In this document: piece after piece, positions 9,787 through 19,012 of the stretch
Layout: the number at the start of each line of letters is the position of its first letter
Numbering within the stretch: the first letter of the stretch is position 1
NCBI GenBank assembly: GCA_035305265.1
Contig: DATGPC010000050.1
Location: 1-61,023, forward strand
Direction of reading: 5' to 3'
Source: Thermomicrobiales bacterium
Lineage (GTDB): Bacteria; Chloroflexota; Chloroflexia; Thermomicrobiales; UBA6265
DNA length: 61,023 bases
Notes under the pieces: generated by a model
Seen by the model: only the letters and a program-made list of their open reading frames with translations
The model's database searches: none
What the model was told of the DNA's origin: nothing
Translations under genes and position numbers: made by a program

Positions 9787-10514
9787 CGGGCTACCTGGAG
9801 CGGGTCCACGCCCTGCTGGACGAGATGGCGACGACCAATGACGCAACCCTCGATGCCGCCGCACAGATGCTCGCCAGCTCGATCGGCGCCGGCGGCATCG
9901 TGCACGTATTCGGCAGCGGCCACTCGGCCATGCTCGCGCAGGAGATCTTCCATCGCGCGGGAGGTCTCGCGTGTATCAACGCGATGCTGGACGTTAACCT
10001 GACAATCTTCGGCACCTCCCGTCCGACCTGGGTCGAGCGATTGGAGGGTTACGCGCCCTCCCTCTTCGCCTCCCACGATGTCCGCGCTGGCGAGGTGATG
10101 CTGGTCATCAGCACCTCCGGCATCAATCCCGTCCCCATCGAGGTCGCCCTCGGAGCGCACGAGCGCGGGATGCAGGTCATCGCCGTCGGCTCATATGCGG
10201 CCTATGCGGACGCGACAAGCCGGCATTCGTCCGGGAAGCGGCTCTTCGATATCGCAGATCTCGTTCTGGATACTCGCGTGCCGGTCGGCGACGCCGTCTC
10301 CCCGCTTGACGAAGACGGCCAGGCGGTCGGGGCAGTCTCGACGGTGCTGGGCTCCGCGCTCCTGAATGAGCTGGTCATCCGCACGGCACGGCGGCTCCAG
10401 ACGTCTGGCGACCCCGTCCCGGTCTTTGCCAGCCAGAACGTTCCCGGCGGTGACGAGCGCAATGCGGGCCTGATCGAGCGGTACCGACCGCGCATTCCCC
10501 TGATGAAACCATGA
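9783..10514 (+). CDS. SIS (sugar isomerase) domain protein, UPF0309 type
   Basis: IVHVFGSGHSAMLAQE... and VISTSGINPVPIE are SIS phosphosugar-binding motifs. 4-nt overlap with nanE. Confidence 0.75.
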   Translation: MTGYLERVHALLDEMATTNDATLDAAAQMLASSIGAGGIVHVFGSGHSAMLAQEIFHRAGGLACINAMLDVNLTIFGTSRPTWVERLEGYAPSLFASHDVRAGEVMLVISTSGINPVPIEVALGAHERGMQVIAVGSYAAYADATSRHSSGKRLFDIADLVLDTRVPVGDAVSPLDEDGQAVGAVSTVLGSALLNELVIRTARRLQTSGDPVPVFASQNVPGGDERNAGLIERYRPRIPLMKP

Positions 10515-11482
10515 CGCGACACCTGGTGCTCGCGATCGACGGCGGGCAGACGAGCACGAAAGCGCTGATCGCCGACACCGAAGGGCACCTCCTCGGTCGG
10601 GGCACCGGTTCGCCGTGCGACCACATCACCGGGCCGCACGGCTATGAACGGAACCGGGACGCGATCCACAGCGCGACCCGTGCCGCGCTTGCTGACGGTG
10701 GTCTCGATGCCTCGAACATCGTCGCCGCCGGGCTCGGCCTGACCAGCGCGCCGCCGGAGATCGGCGCCCGGCCACTGTTCGAGCAGATGGTGCGGGAGAT
10801 CGCTTCTCCCAAACACCTGTGGATCCATCACGACGCCGCCTCGAACCTCGCTGGTGCCTCCGCTGGCCAGCCGGGCATCGTCGTCATCGCCGGTGGCGGC
10901 TCGCTCGGCTTCGGCATGGACGCAGCCGGCAACGAAGCCAAGGCCGGTGGCATGGGATACCTCATGGGAGATGACGGCAGTGCCTGGTGGATCGGCCTCC
11001 GCGCCCTCCATGCGGCAGCAGCTGCGGCGGATGGCCGAGGCCCGGAAACCGTCCTGCTCCCGTTCATCCTCGACCATTTCGAGCTACCAACGATCCGTCA
11101 TATCGTCGGCATCCTCTACGCGCCGGACTTCACGCGGGACAGGGTCTCCAGCCTTGCTCCTCACGTCGTCCGGATCGCGAAAGATGACGCCGTCGCCCGC
11201 GAGATCGTCGCCGAAGGAGGCAGGCGTCTCGCCGGCCTCGCCCTCGCCGTTGCCCGGAGACTGTTCGAACCAGGGGTGCCGGTCCACGTGTACCCGACCG
11301 GTGGTGTGTTCAATGCCGGCCCGCTCGTCAACGACCCGTTCCGGAACACCCTCGCCGACGGATGGCCGGAAGCGACCATCCGCGAGCCGCAGTTCCCGCC
11401 CGTGTACGGCGCCCTCTTCCAGGCGTACCGCCAGGCAGGCATCGACATCACGCCGTCGATCCTGGAGAACCTGCGGAGCTAG
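10511..11482 (+). CDS. BadF/BadG/BcrA/BcrD-type ATPase (N-acetylglucosamine kinase-like)
   Basis: LAIDGGQTSTKALIAD and VIAGGGS actin-fold ATPase motifs. 4-nt overlap with the upstream gene. Confidence 0.75.
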   Translation: MTRHLVLAIDGGQTSTKALIADTEGHLLGRGTGSPCDHITGPHGYERNRDAIHSATRAALADGGLDASNIVAAGLGLTSAPPEIGARPLFEQMVREIASPKHLWIHHDAASNLAGASAGQPGIVVIAGGGSLGFGMDAAGNEAKAGGMGYLMGDDGSAWWIGLRALHAAAAAADGRGPETVLLPFILDHFELPTIRHIVGILYAPDFTRDRVSSLAPHVVRIAKDDAVAREIVAEGGRRLAGLALAVARRLFEPGVPVHVYPTGGVFNAGPLVNDPFRNTLADGWPEATIREPQFPPVYGALFQAYRQAGIDITPSILENLRS

Positions 11483-11638
11483 CAGATCGTGTACACCCGT
11501 CCACAAGAGGCCGGTGTACAGGGCAACTCCTGCTCACGCGTGCTACACTTCGGCGGTTGCGCGCCAGGTTGGCGCGGTGGTTGTCGTGTGCCAGATCGCG
11601 CCTCAACCGCAAGCGTTTCAGGAAGTAGGAGTTCGCTC

Positions 11639-12295
11639 ATGGCAGATGAGCTGATTCTGATGGCCGAGCCGCGGGAAATTCACGGCAAGAAGGTCAAGCG
11701 CCTTCGCCGTGAGGGCCTGTTGCCCGGCGTCGTGTATGGCCCGGTGATGGACGAGACGGTCTCCGTCTCCGTCAACGAGCGCGAGTTCAACAAGTTCTTC
11801 ATGGCGCACGGCCACTCCACCATCTTCACTCTGAAGTGGGAAGGTGGCTCGCAGCCGGTGCTGATCCGCGAGGTGCAGTACGAGCCGGTCCGGCACGAGC
11901 CGCTGCACGTCGATTTCTTCGCGCCGAACATGAACGTCAAGCTGCGCCAGTCGGTCCAGCTTGCGCTGCACAACGCCTCCGAGGAGATCGAGGCGGGCGG
12001 CGTCCTGCAGCAGGTCCTCACCGAGATCGAGGTCGAGGCGCTGCCGGCGGACCTGCCAAGCGAGATCGTTGCCGACATCTCCAGCCTGACGGCGGTCGGC
12101 GACTCGCTCCACGTCCGTGACATCACGGTCGAGGGCAACATCGAGATCGTCACCGATCCCGACGCCACCGTCGCGTCCATCATCCGCCAGGTCGTCGAGG
12201 CCGAGGAGACGGATGAGGAGGCCGAAGAGGCTGTCGAGGGCGAGGCTGCCGAGGATACCGAGGCCACGGAAGAGGCCGAGGGCGGCGAGGAGTAA
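11639..12295 (+). CDS. rplY: 50S ribosomal protein L25 / general stress protein Ctc
   Basis: MADELILMAEPREIHGKKVKRLRREGLLPGVVYG plus an acidic C-terminal tail. GGAGT RBS before ATG 11639. The upstream part of ORF 11489.. is not protein-like. Confidence 0.9.
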   Translation: MADELILMAEPREIHGKKVKRLRREGLLPGVVYGPVMDETVSVSVNEREFNKFFMAHGHSTIFTLKWEGGSQPVLIREVQYEPVRHEPLHVDFFAPNMNVKLRQSVQLALHNASEEIEAGGVLQQVLTEIEVEALPADLPSEIVADISSLTAVGDSLHVRDITVEGNIEIVTDPDATVASIIRQVVEAEETDEEAEEAVEGEAAEDTEATEEAEGGEE

Positions 12296-12325
12296 TCTCC
12301 TGCCCCGTATCCCGACGCACGGTCC

Positions 12326-12359
12326 AGCGGGCTGGTGGGCACATGCCTGCCAGCCCGCT
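12326..12359 (+). terminator. Terminator-like hairpin after rplY
   Basis: 10-bp stem AGCGGGCTGG / CCAGCCCGCT, followed by TCCGTTC. Confidence 0.5.
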
Positions 12360-12443
12360 TCCGTTCACCCGCCGCTTTGACGGGCTCATCCCCCGCTTCC
12401 TACACTGGTTATGGCAGCGTCACGCGCGCGGAAAGGCGATACG

Positions 12444-12653
12444 ATGGACCGGCTCAGGCAACTTTCGGCACAATCACTGAAGTGGACGGCCATCGGCCTG
12501 TTCGTTGCCGCGTTCATCGCCGTTTACATCGCCCAGCGAACGACGACGCCCGTCGACATCATCGCGATCGTGTTGGCCATCGCCCTCGGCATTGGTGGCT
12601 TCATGATCTGGCTCATGTACGGTGAGCGTGTCGATGGCGGACCGCGCCACTAG
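12444..12653 (+). CDS. Small membrane protein (2 TM), unknown function
   Basis: MDRLRQLSAQSLKWTAIGLFVAAFIAVYIA...IIAIVLAIALGIGGFMIWLMY; high GC3. Confidence 0.5.
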   Translation: MDRLRQLSAQSLKWTAIGLFVAAFIAVYIAQRTTTPVDIIAIVLAIALGIGGFMIWLMYGERVDGGPRH

Positions 12654-12690
12654 CATTCCGGCCCCAACCCGGTTCCCCAGGAGTTCCATC

Positions 12691-12930
12691 ATGTCGCAGC
12701 AACCTTCCCGCCCGGTCAATCGCGTTCCGCAAATCGTGTTTCTCACCGTCGCCGCCGCCATGGTCATCTTCATGATCCTGCTCGGCACGGACACGATCAG
12801 CCCCGATGGTCCCATCATTCTCATCGTCGGATCGAGCCTGTTCGCGATCGCCCTGCTGGCCATGGCGATGGAGATCGGCATCAACCGGACCGGGCTCGAC
12901 AAGCCGGCGCCGAAGAAGGACGAGCAATAG
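12691..12930 (+). CDS. Small membrane protein (2 TM), unknown function
   Basis: MSQQPSRPVNRVPQIVFLTVAAAMVIFMILL...LIVGSSLFAIALLAMAMEIG. A terminator follows. Confidence 0.5.
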   Translation: MSQQPSRPVNRVPQIVFLTVAAAMVIFMILLGTDTISPDGPIILIVGSSLFAIALLAMAMEIGINRTGLDKPAPKKDEQ

Positions 12931-12953
12931 CTTCCGACAGCCAAAACCTCCTC

Positions 12954-12981
12954 AAAGCCGCCTCGTACGAGGCGGCTTTTT
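12954..12981 (+). terminator. Intrinsic terminator
   Basis: AAAGCCGCCTCG-TA-CGAGGCGGCTTT hairpin followed by a T-run. Confidence 0.8.
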
Positions 12982-13068
12982 CGTTCCCGACAGCGTCAAC
13001 CAAATCTTGACAATCAACTAATGTCAACGTATGGTTGACATCGTACAAACGTGAACGGGAGGTTCGAT

Positions 13069-13305
13069 ATGAAACGCTCGCAAATCCAGGTACCTGTACA
13101 GTTGGTCGCATTACTTGGGGCGTTCGCGACCGTGCTCCTCTCCTCAGTTGGCGTCCAGATGCAGGACGGACCGATGAGGATCGCGCTCATCCTCGCGATT
13201 CTCCTGCTTACCCCGGCGGTCGGAGCCCTCCTCGCCGTCGGGCTCGTGCAGAGGGATGGCAGGGACGAATGGGAGAAGGGAGGTAACCATGGCAGCAGGG
13301 AATGA
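13069..13305 (+). CDS. Small membrane protein, unknown function
   Basis: GGGAGG RBS before ATG 13069. Two hydrophobic helices (VQLVALLGAFATVLLSSV, IALILAILLLTPAVGALLAVGLV). Confidence 0.5.
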   Translation: MKRSQIQVPVQLVALLGAFATVLLSSVGVQMQDGPMRIALILAILLLTPAVGALLAVGLVQRDGRDEWEKGGNHGSRE

Positions 13306-13876
13306 CCATATGGACGAGCTGCTTTCGGAAGCGATCGCCGTGGGCGGTCCGGATATCGCAAGCCGGATGGATGAGGATCCGCAGGCGTACCTCGAGCTGG
13401 TCATCCGGACGAACCAGGCATGGCAGCGGACCGGGGACATGCTGCGCGCGGCCGTCCTCGCCGCCCGCAACGCAGGACATAGCTGGGAAGCGATCGGCGC
13501 CTCGCTCGGCATGACCCGCCAGGCGGCGCAGCAGCGGTTCGGCAAGGGCGCAGACCAGAACGTCGACGAGTCCGGTCCCGAGCGACGACGGCTCCGCGGT
13601 CTCACCGCGTTCAACGAGATGGCGGTGCTGGAGCGAGCGGGCCGATACGGCTGGCATTCCGTGGATTACGGTCCCTACTTCCACCTGCTCGAGCGTGACG
13701 GCGTCCAGTGGGAGCATCGCCGCGTCTACGCATGGTCCCGCAACCGCAACCAGCTCGAAGCCGAAGGATGGCAGATCGTCGGGAACGGCTGGTTCCCCTG
13801 GACCTACTACGCGCGTCCGACAGGCATTCCCGCGCTCCCGGGCGACCCCAGCTACGACGAGCTGATGGACACGTAG
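13289..13876 (+). CDS. Hypothetical protein with HTH-like segment
   Basis: GGGAGG RBS before ATG 13289. SWEAIGASLGMTRQAAQQRFGKG is a helix-turn-helix-like motif. The rest is unassigned. Confidence 0.6.
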   Translation: MAAGNDHMDELLSEAIAVGGPDIASRMDEDPQAYLELVIRTNQAWQRTGDMLRAAVLAARNAGHSWEAIGASLGMTRQAAQQRFGKGADQNVDESGPERRRLRGLTAFNEMAVLERAGRYGWHSVDYGPYFHLLERDGVQWEHRRVYAWSRNRNQLEAEGWQIVGNGWFPWTYYARPTGIPALPGDPSYDELMDT

Positions 13877-13966
13877 CGTTCTTCCGCACTACGCTACCCA
13901 GGTGACGCTCCACGCTCCCGGGGACACGGGTGTCGCGAATATCCACAAAAGTCCCCGGGAACGCAA

Positions 13967-13994
13967 AAAGGCCGACCCGCATGGGCCGGCCTTT
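13967..13994. terminator. Bidirectional terminator hairpin
   Basis: AAAGGCCG...CGGCCTTT stem with an inner CCC/GGG extension, flanked by an A-run and a T-run. Confidence 0.7.
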
Positions 13995-14024
13995 CCGCTT
14001 CGGTCATCACGACCGGCTGCTCCC

Positions 14025-14069
14025 TTAGGAGGCAACCTCCGTCGTGATGCCCGTACTATCGCTACTCAT
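14025..14069 (-). other. 14-codon micro-ORF (MSSDSTGITTEVAS) with a strong SD, embedded in hairpins
   Basis: AAGGAGG lies 8 nt before ATG 14069 and the stop TAA is at 14027..14025. The ORF body forms a 9-bp inverted repeat GTGATGCCC/GGGCATCAC. It sits between the nitrilase stop and terminator 13967..13994. Confidence 0.25.
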
Positions 14070-14165
14070 GGGCATCACCTCCTTTACCCTGTTCGGTTGG
14101 AGTTATGCGTCCGGACGGAAATGGTTCCGTCCTGCAGCTAACACTACACGCTGCATGCGACCACG

Positions 14166-15044
14166 TCAACCAGTCCTCTCGCCCATACCGGTTTGGTCCG
14201 GCCATACATACCGCTGTGGCATCCGGTTACGAAGAGATGGTACCTGCGCCCGAACCCGCGAGATCTCGTCCAATTCCAGCGTGGCGGTGATCACAGTCGG
14301 GATATCACCTGCTTGCGCCAGCACCACGCCCCAAGGGTCGACCACCATCGACCGACCGTAGCACTGACGGTGTGGCGGATGCTCCCCAACCTGCGCCGGC
14401 GCGATCATGAACAGGGAGTTCTCGATCGCACGCGCGCGAATCAGTGGTTCCCAGTGATCCTTGCCCGTCGCCATCGTAAACGCTGCTGGCAGCATGATGA
14501 TCTCGGCGCCCTCGAGCGCCATGATCCGGAACAGCTCCGGGAAGCGCAGGTCGTAGCAGATCGCAAGGCCAACCTTCGTCCCGTCGAGGTCGAACGTCAC
14601 GATTTCGTCGCCCGCCTCGATCGTGTCAGACTCGCGGAACGCGGCCTGGCCGGCAAGGTCGACGTCGAAGAGGTGGATCTTCCGGTATCGCGCGCAGATA
14701 TCCCCAACCGGGTCGAATACGACGGTCGTGTTGAACAGCCGATCGTGCTCGGGGTGTTTTTCCAGCACGCTCCCGGCATGAAGCCAGATGCTATGCTCGC
14801 GCGCCTTGTCCGCCAACATGCGCGTCAGCTCGCCGGGAATCTCCTCGGCGGCCTTCTTCGCGCCACGTCCCGGACCGAGGTAGTTCCACGTTTCGGGCAG
14901 CGATACAAACTGCGCCCCCATCCGGGCGGCACGATCGATGCCGGCCATCACTTCGTTGATATTGGCGTCCCGGTTGTCTTGCGAGTTCGTCTGTACCAGC
15001 CCGACAACAAGCTGTCGCGGCCGGTTGGCGGTCTGTCTTGCCAT
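14166..15044 (-). CDS. Carbon-nitrogen hydrolase (nitrilase superfamily amidohydrolase)
   Basis: Glu-Lys-Cys triad context: VSLPETWNY, YRKIHLFD, GLAICYDLRFPELF. Confidence 0.9.
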   Translation of the reverse strand: MARQTANRPRQLVVGLVQTNSQDNRDANINEVMAGIDRAARMGAQFVSLPETWNYLGPGRGAKKAAEEIPGELTRMLADKAREHSIWLHAGSVLEKHPEHDRLFNTTVVFDPVGDICARYRKIHLFDVDLAGQAAFRESDTIEAGDEIVTFDLDGTKVGLAICYDLRFPELFRIMALEGAEIIMLPAAFTMATGKDHWEPLIRARAIENSLFMIAPAQVGEHPPHRQCYGRSMVVDPWGVVLAQAGDIPTVITATLELDEISRVRAQVPSLRNRMPQRYVWPDQTGMGERTG

Positions 15045-15121
15045 CGTGTCGCTGGCCTCCTCTCGCGTTCATCCTATGATCAGGCGCGCGTGGTGTCGAG
15101 GTACGGACGATACGGCAGGAT

Positions 15122-15895
15122 CTAGAGTGCCAGCGCATCCCGTAACGCCGCGACCGTTTCCGCGTGCCCGGCGATCACACAGTCCAGCACCTCGTCCGGC
15201 ACCCGATAAATATCGCCGCCTGCCTCCCGCACGATCATCGCGCCACCAAGCAGGTCCCACAGCTCGTTCCGGTACGACACGAACGCGCCCACATGCCCCG
15301 CCGCAATCAGACCCCAGTCGACGGCAGGCGACCATGTCCGCAGCACCCGCTTTGTGTTCGCCTCCAGCGTGTCGACGACACGCGCCCGGAACGGATCATC
15401 GTGCGTGACCCCGTACCCCTGCGTCCACGAGATCGTTGCCCGCTGCAACGGCACTGCTTCGCCCAGCCGGACCGGGTTTCCGTTCCGGAACGCGCCCTGG
15501 CCCGCCATCGCCGACGTCGTGATCCCCCGCACGCTCTCATGCACGACCGCGACGATTGGCTCCTCGTCCTTCAACGCCGTGATACACACCCCGAACATAG
15601 GCATACCCATCACATAGTTGTTCGTCCCGTCCAAGGGATCGACGAGCCATCGCACTGGCGCGTCGTCCTGGCCGATATGGCCGCTCTCCTCACCGAGGAT
15701 GGCGTGATCCGGGAACGTGCCGAGGATCCCTTCGATAATCCGCCGCTCCGCCTCATGATCGACCAGCGTCACGACATCGCCACGCTCGCCCTTGCCGCGA
15801 ATGCCGTTGTCGGCATCCAGCTGTGCCACCGCGAAGTCGCCCGCTTCCCGCGCCAGGCGCACGGCGAGGTCGTGCATCTCCTGCAACCGTTCCAT
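15122..15895 (-). CDS. Inositol monophosphatase family protein
   Basis: ILGEESG, WLVDPLDGTNNY and WDLLGG motifs. GAAGGAGG RBS before ATG 15895. Confidence 0.85.
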   Translation of the reverse strand: MERLQEMHDLAVRLAREAGDFAVAQLDADNGIRGKGERGDVVTLVDHEAERRIIEGILGTFPDHAILGEESGHIGQDDAPVRWLVDPLDGTNNYVMGMPMFGVCITALKDEEPIVAVVHESVRGITTSAMAGQGAFRNGNPVRLGEAVPLQRATISWTQGYGVTHDDPFRARVVDTLEANTKRVLRTWSPAVDWGLIAAGHVGAFVSYRNELWDLLGGAMIVREAGGDIYRVPDEVLDCVIAGHAETVAALRDALAL

Positions 15896-15966
15896 CCTGC
15901 CTCCTTCAGTCATGTTCGGCATGGAAGCGTACACTCTTTGGGAAGCGGATTGATCGGGAGGATGAG

Positions 15967-16344
15967 ATGCAATACCTGTGGGTCGGAATCGGGGGATTCC
16001 TTGGGGCGAACGCGCGCTATGTCGCGGGTCGATTCATCCATGCTCATCTCGGAACCGCCTTCCCGTGGGGAACCGGCATCGTCAACGTGACCGGCGCCTT
16101 CCTGATCGGCATGCTCTTCACCTTCCTCACCGACCGCGTCGTCGCGGACCCGATGTGGCGCCAACTGGTGATCGTTGGCTTCCTCGGCGGCTACACAACA
16201 TTCAGCAGCTACACCTGGGAGGCTGTCGGGTTGATACAGGACGGGCGCTGGCTCCCCGCGCTCGGCTATGTCCTCGGCAGTAACCTGCTTGGCCTCCTCG
16301 CCTGCTTCGGCGGCATTTGGGCCATGCGGACCATGGGACTGTAA
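15967..16344 (+). CDS. crcB: Fluoride ion channel CrcB
   Basis: MQYLWVGIGGFLGANARY...GFLGGYTTFSSY is the CrcB/FEX signature. GGGAGG RBS precedes the start. Confidence 0.9.
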   Translation: MQYLWVGIGGFLGANARYVAGRFIHAHLGTAFPWGTGIVNVTGAFLIGMLFTFLTDRVVADPMWRQLVIVGFLGGYTTFSSYTWEAVGLIQDGRWLPALGYVLGSNLLGLLACFGGIWAMRTMGL

Positions 16345-16408
16345 GGACGACGTAAACCCGGAACGCCAACCCGCGCTCCGGACGCCGATCATCCAGGAGA
16401 ATCCACCA

Positions 16409-17404
16409 ATGGACCTTCGCTCGTTGCCGAAAATCGAGCTCCACAGCCATCTCGACTGCGCGATCAGCTTCGATGCGGTCCACGCGATCGACCCAACCAT
16501 CACACGCGACGTCTACGAAACCCGTTTCGTGGCCCCGCGTGACTGTGGATCACTCGCCGAGTACCTCACCTACACCTTCAACTACCGCAAGCTCCTCCAG
16601 ACCGAGGCGGCCCTGCGGATCGCAGTGCAGGACGTCTTCGCCCAGATGCAGCAGGAGAACGTCATCTACGCCGAGCTGCGCTTCGCCCCGCTGATCCATA
16701 CGGAAGGAGAGCTCGCCGCCGAGGAGGTCGTGCGCACGGTCGCCGACGAGGTCTCGACCCAAATCTCGATCACGGGGATCGAGGCATCGATCATCCTCTG
16801 CACCCTGCGCGACTACACCTCCGTCCAGAGCCGGACAACCGGCGAGCTAGTCCGCCAATTCGCGCACACCACACCCGTTGCCGCGCTGGACATTGCTGGT
16901 GACGAGACCGCGTACCCGCTGACGCCGCATCTCCCCGCCTTTCACGCCGTACGCGCGGCGGGGCTGGGCGTCACGGTCCACGCCGGGGAAGCCGGCGGCG
17001 CGGCAAGCGTCATCGAGGCGCTGGACTACACCGGAACGAAGCGCATCGGTCATGGCGTCCAGAGCATCGAAGATGCCGACCTGGTCTCGAGACTCCGTGA
17101 CGAGCGGATCCACCTCGAGATCTGCCCGATCTGTAATGTCCAGACCCGGGCGGTAGGATCGCTGGAGAAGCACCCGGTCGACGCACTCTACCGGCAGGGC
17201 GTCCGCCTCGGCATCAGCACCGATACGCGCGGCGTGACCGCGAATTCCTTGACCGAGGAGTACGAGGCCCTTCGCGACACCTTCGCCTGGACGCTCGAAG
17301 ACTTCGGTCGCGTGAATCGCTATGCGCTGGAGGCAGCGTTCGCCAACGATGACGTGAAGGAATCGCTCGCCGCCCTGCTGGACGAGGCGTATCCGGCACC
17401 CTGA
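16409..17404 (+). CDS. add: Adenosine deaminase
   Basis: LPKIELHSHLD, VTVHAGE, RIGHG and ISTD metal and catalytic motifs. Confidence 0.9.
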   Translation: MDLRSLPKIELHSHLDCAISFDAVHAIDPTITRDVYETRFVAPRDCGSLAEYLTYTFNYRKLLQTEAALRIAVQDVFAQMQQENVIYAELRFAPLIHTEGELAAEEVVRTVADEVSTQISITGIEASIILCTLRDYTSVQSRTTGELVRQFAHTTPVAALDIAGDETAYPLTPHLPAFHAVRAAGLGVTVHAGEAGGAASVIEALDYTGTKRIGHGVQSIEDADLVSRLRDERIHLEICPICNVQTRAVGSLEKHPVDALYRQGVRLGISTDTRGVTANSLTEEYEALRDTFAWTLEDFGRVNRYALEAAFANDDVKESLAALLDEAYPAP

Positions 17405-18433
17405 CTAGTGATGATGGTGCCCGGCGTCTGCAGACACGACGTGGTGACCCTCCTCGAGCGCCGTGATACAGGCACGGCGTCCGTCAACGGTGTCGAGGCT
17501 GCACTCCCCGGTCGTCACATGGACGCCACCACCGCATGACTCCGGCTGGAGCGTGACATGCGCGATCCCGAAGCGGTCACGCATCGCGTCGGTCAGGTCA
17601 ACGACAACATCGTTCCATTCGCGCGTGTCGTTCACCTGGACGTGGGCGCTCATCGAATCGAGGCCCGACGTCACCGTCCAGATGTGCAGGTCATGGACTC
17701 CGCAGACCCCGTCGACCTCCGCCAGCGCGCCCCGCACCTCGTTCGAGTCGATGCCCTGCGGTGTAGCGTCCAGGAGCACGTCGACCGACTCCTTCAACAG
17801 GAACCACGCGCTGCGCAGGATCAGCAACCCGATGATCGAGGAGAGGATCGGGTCGGCGAGATACCAGCCGGTCGCCATCATCACCAGCGCGGCGACGATC
17901 GCCCCGACGGATCCGAGCATGTCGCCGACAACGTGCAGGAATGCGCCGCGGGTATTGAGGTTGTGCTGGTGACCACCCCCACGCGACAGCACCCACGCCG
18001 ATGCCGCGTTCGCGGCCAGTCCGGCGAACGCGACCGCGAGCATCGGGCCGCTGTCGACTTCAGGCGGCTCACCGAAGCGCCTGAACGCCTCGATGAAGAT
18101 GAAGATCGACATCACCACCAGCGTCACCGCGTTGATGAAGGCGGCCAGCACCTCGGCGCGAAGGAAGCCGAACGAGCGCTCCGGCGTTGCGGGCCTTCGT
18201 GCCAGCCAGATCGCGAACAGCGCCAGCGCCAGCGCGGCCGCATCGGTCAGCATGTGCCCCGCATCGGCAAGCAGCGCCAGCGAGTTCGTCAGCAGGCCGC
18301 CAACCACTTCGAGGATCATGAAGCCGGTCGTGATCAGTAGCGCGATGGTCAGTGGCTTCGGTGAAACGCGCTCACCGCGATGGGCGTGCTGATGGTCATG
18401 GTGATCGTGCCGGTGCCCGGCGTGGCTACTCAC
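17405..18433 (-). CDS. Cation diffusion facilitator family transporter (CzcD/ZitB-like)
   Basis: His-rich N-terminus, LLADAGHMLTD and HVVGDMLGS motifs. Start proposed at GTG 18433 (GGGAGGG 8 nt upstream; 8-nt overlap with the ArsR stop). The longest ORF reaches 18466. Confidence 0.85.
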   Translation of the reverse strand: MSSHAGHRHDHHDHQHAHRGERVSPKPLTIALLITTGFMILEVVGGLLTNSLALLADAGHMLTDAAALALALFAIWLARRPATPERSFGFLRAEVLAAFINAVTLVVMSIFIFIEAFRRFGEPPEVDSGPMLAVAFAGLAANAASAWVLSRGGGHQHNLNTRGAFLHVVGDMLGSVGAIVAALVMMATGWYLADPILSSIIGLLILRSAWFLLKESVDVLLDATPQGIDSNEVRGALAEVDGVCGVHDLHIWTVTSGLDSMSAHVQVNDTREWNDVVVDLTDAMRDRFGIAHVTLQPESCGGGVHVTTGECSLDTVDGRRACITALEEGHHVVSADAGHHHH

Positions 18434-18839
18434 TGACTGATCCCTCCCCATCCTCATGCGCCACATGCGCGAGCGCCATCCGGATCACATCCTCGACATG
18501 CTCGTCATCCAGCACGTAGTACCGCCGCCGTCCATTCTTCCGGGCACGGACGAGATTCTGCTCGCGCAATACCCGAAGCTGGTGCGATACGGCCGATTCG
18601 CTCTGGCCGACCGACGCCGCGATATCGCAGACGCACATCTCGCGCCCTCTCAACGCGGCGATGATGCGAAGCCTCGTGGGATCGCCGAGGATCGAGAACA
18701 TCGCGGAAAGCGACGCGACCTCATGGGCCGAGGGCATACCGACCCGCGCCTCGCGCACCGCGTCCACATGGACGATCCGGTCCTCACAGGCGTCATCCCG
18801 ACTCTCGGTTATCTGGTCGATTTTTCTCGGTCGCGCCAA
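18426..18839 (-). CDS. ArsR/SmtB family metalloregulator
   Basis: LGDPTRLRIIAAL...CVCDIA...VSHQLRVLREQNLV winged-HTH with a metal-site Cys pair. Confidence 0.9.
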   Translation of the reverse strand: MARPRKIDQITESRDDACEDRIVHVDAVREARVGMPSAHEVASLSAMFSILGDPTRLRIIAALRGREMCVCDIAASVGQSESAVSHQLRVLREQNLVRARKNGRRRYYVLDDEHVEDVIRMALAHVAHEDGEGSVSE

Positions 18840-19012
18840 TGATGCCTCCGTTACATGAATACTTATTCACAAGTATCGACCATCTCGGAATGGAATCAAG
18901 GGCAGCGCCGGCCAATTCGTGGAATAGATCACGATCTTCACGCCCACCCTGTCATCCCCTACACTGGACACATCGACCACAAGCCATAGCCACTCGATGG
19001 AAGGAGCGCCCC

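Noticed and set aside
14044-14361. Plus-strand ORF (105 aa) starting after TAGGAGG at about 14026.
   Set aside because: It runs antisense through the 3' end of the nitrilase gene, and its translation is not protein-like beyond the first 20 residues. The apparent RBS is the complement of the GGAGG/CCTCC hairpin.
15896-15966. Fluoride (crcB-motif) riboswitch expected in front of crcB.
   Set aside because: Only about 70 nt separate crcB from the divergent IMPase start. I cannot find the conserved GGxGAUGG...AACCGCC...CUGAUGAU-CCUAC elements. GGCAUGGAAGCG and AUUGAUCGGGAGG are poor matches.
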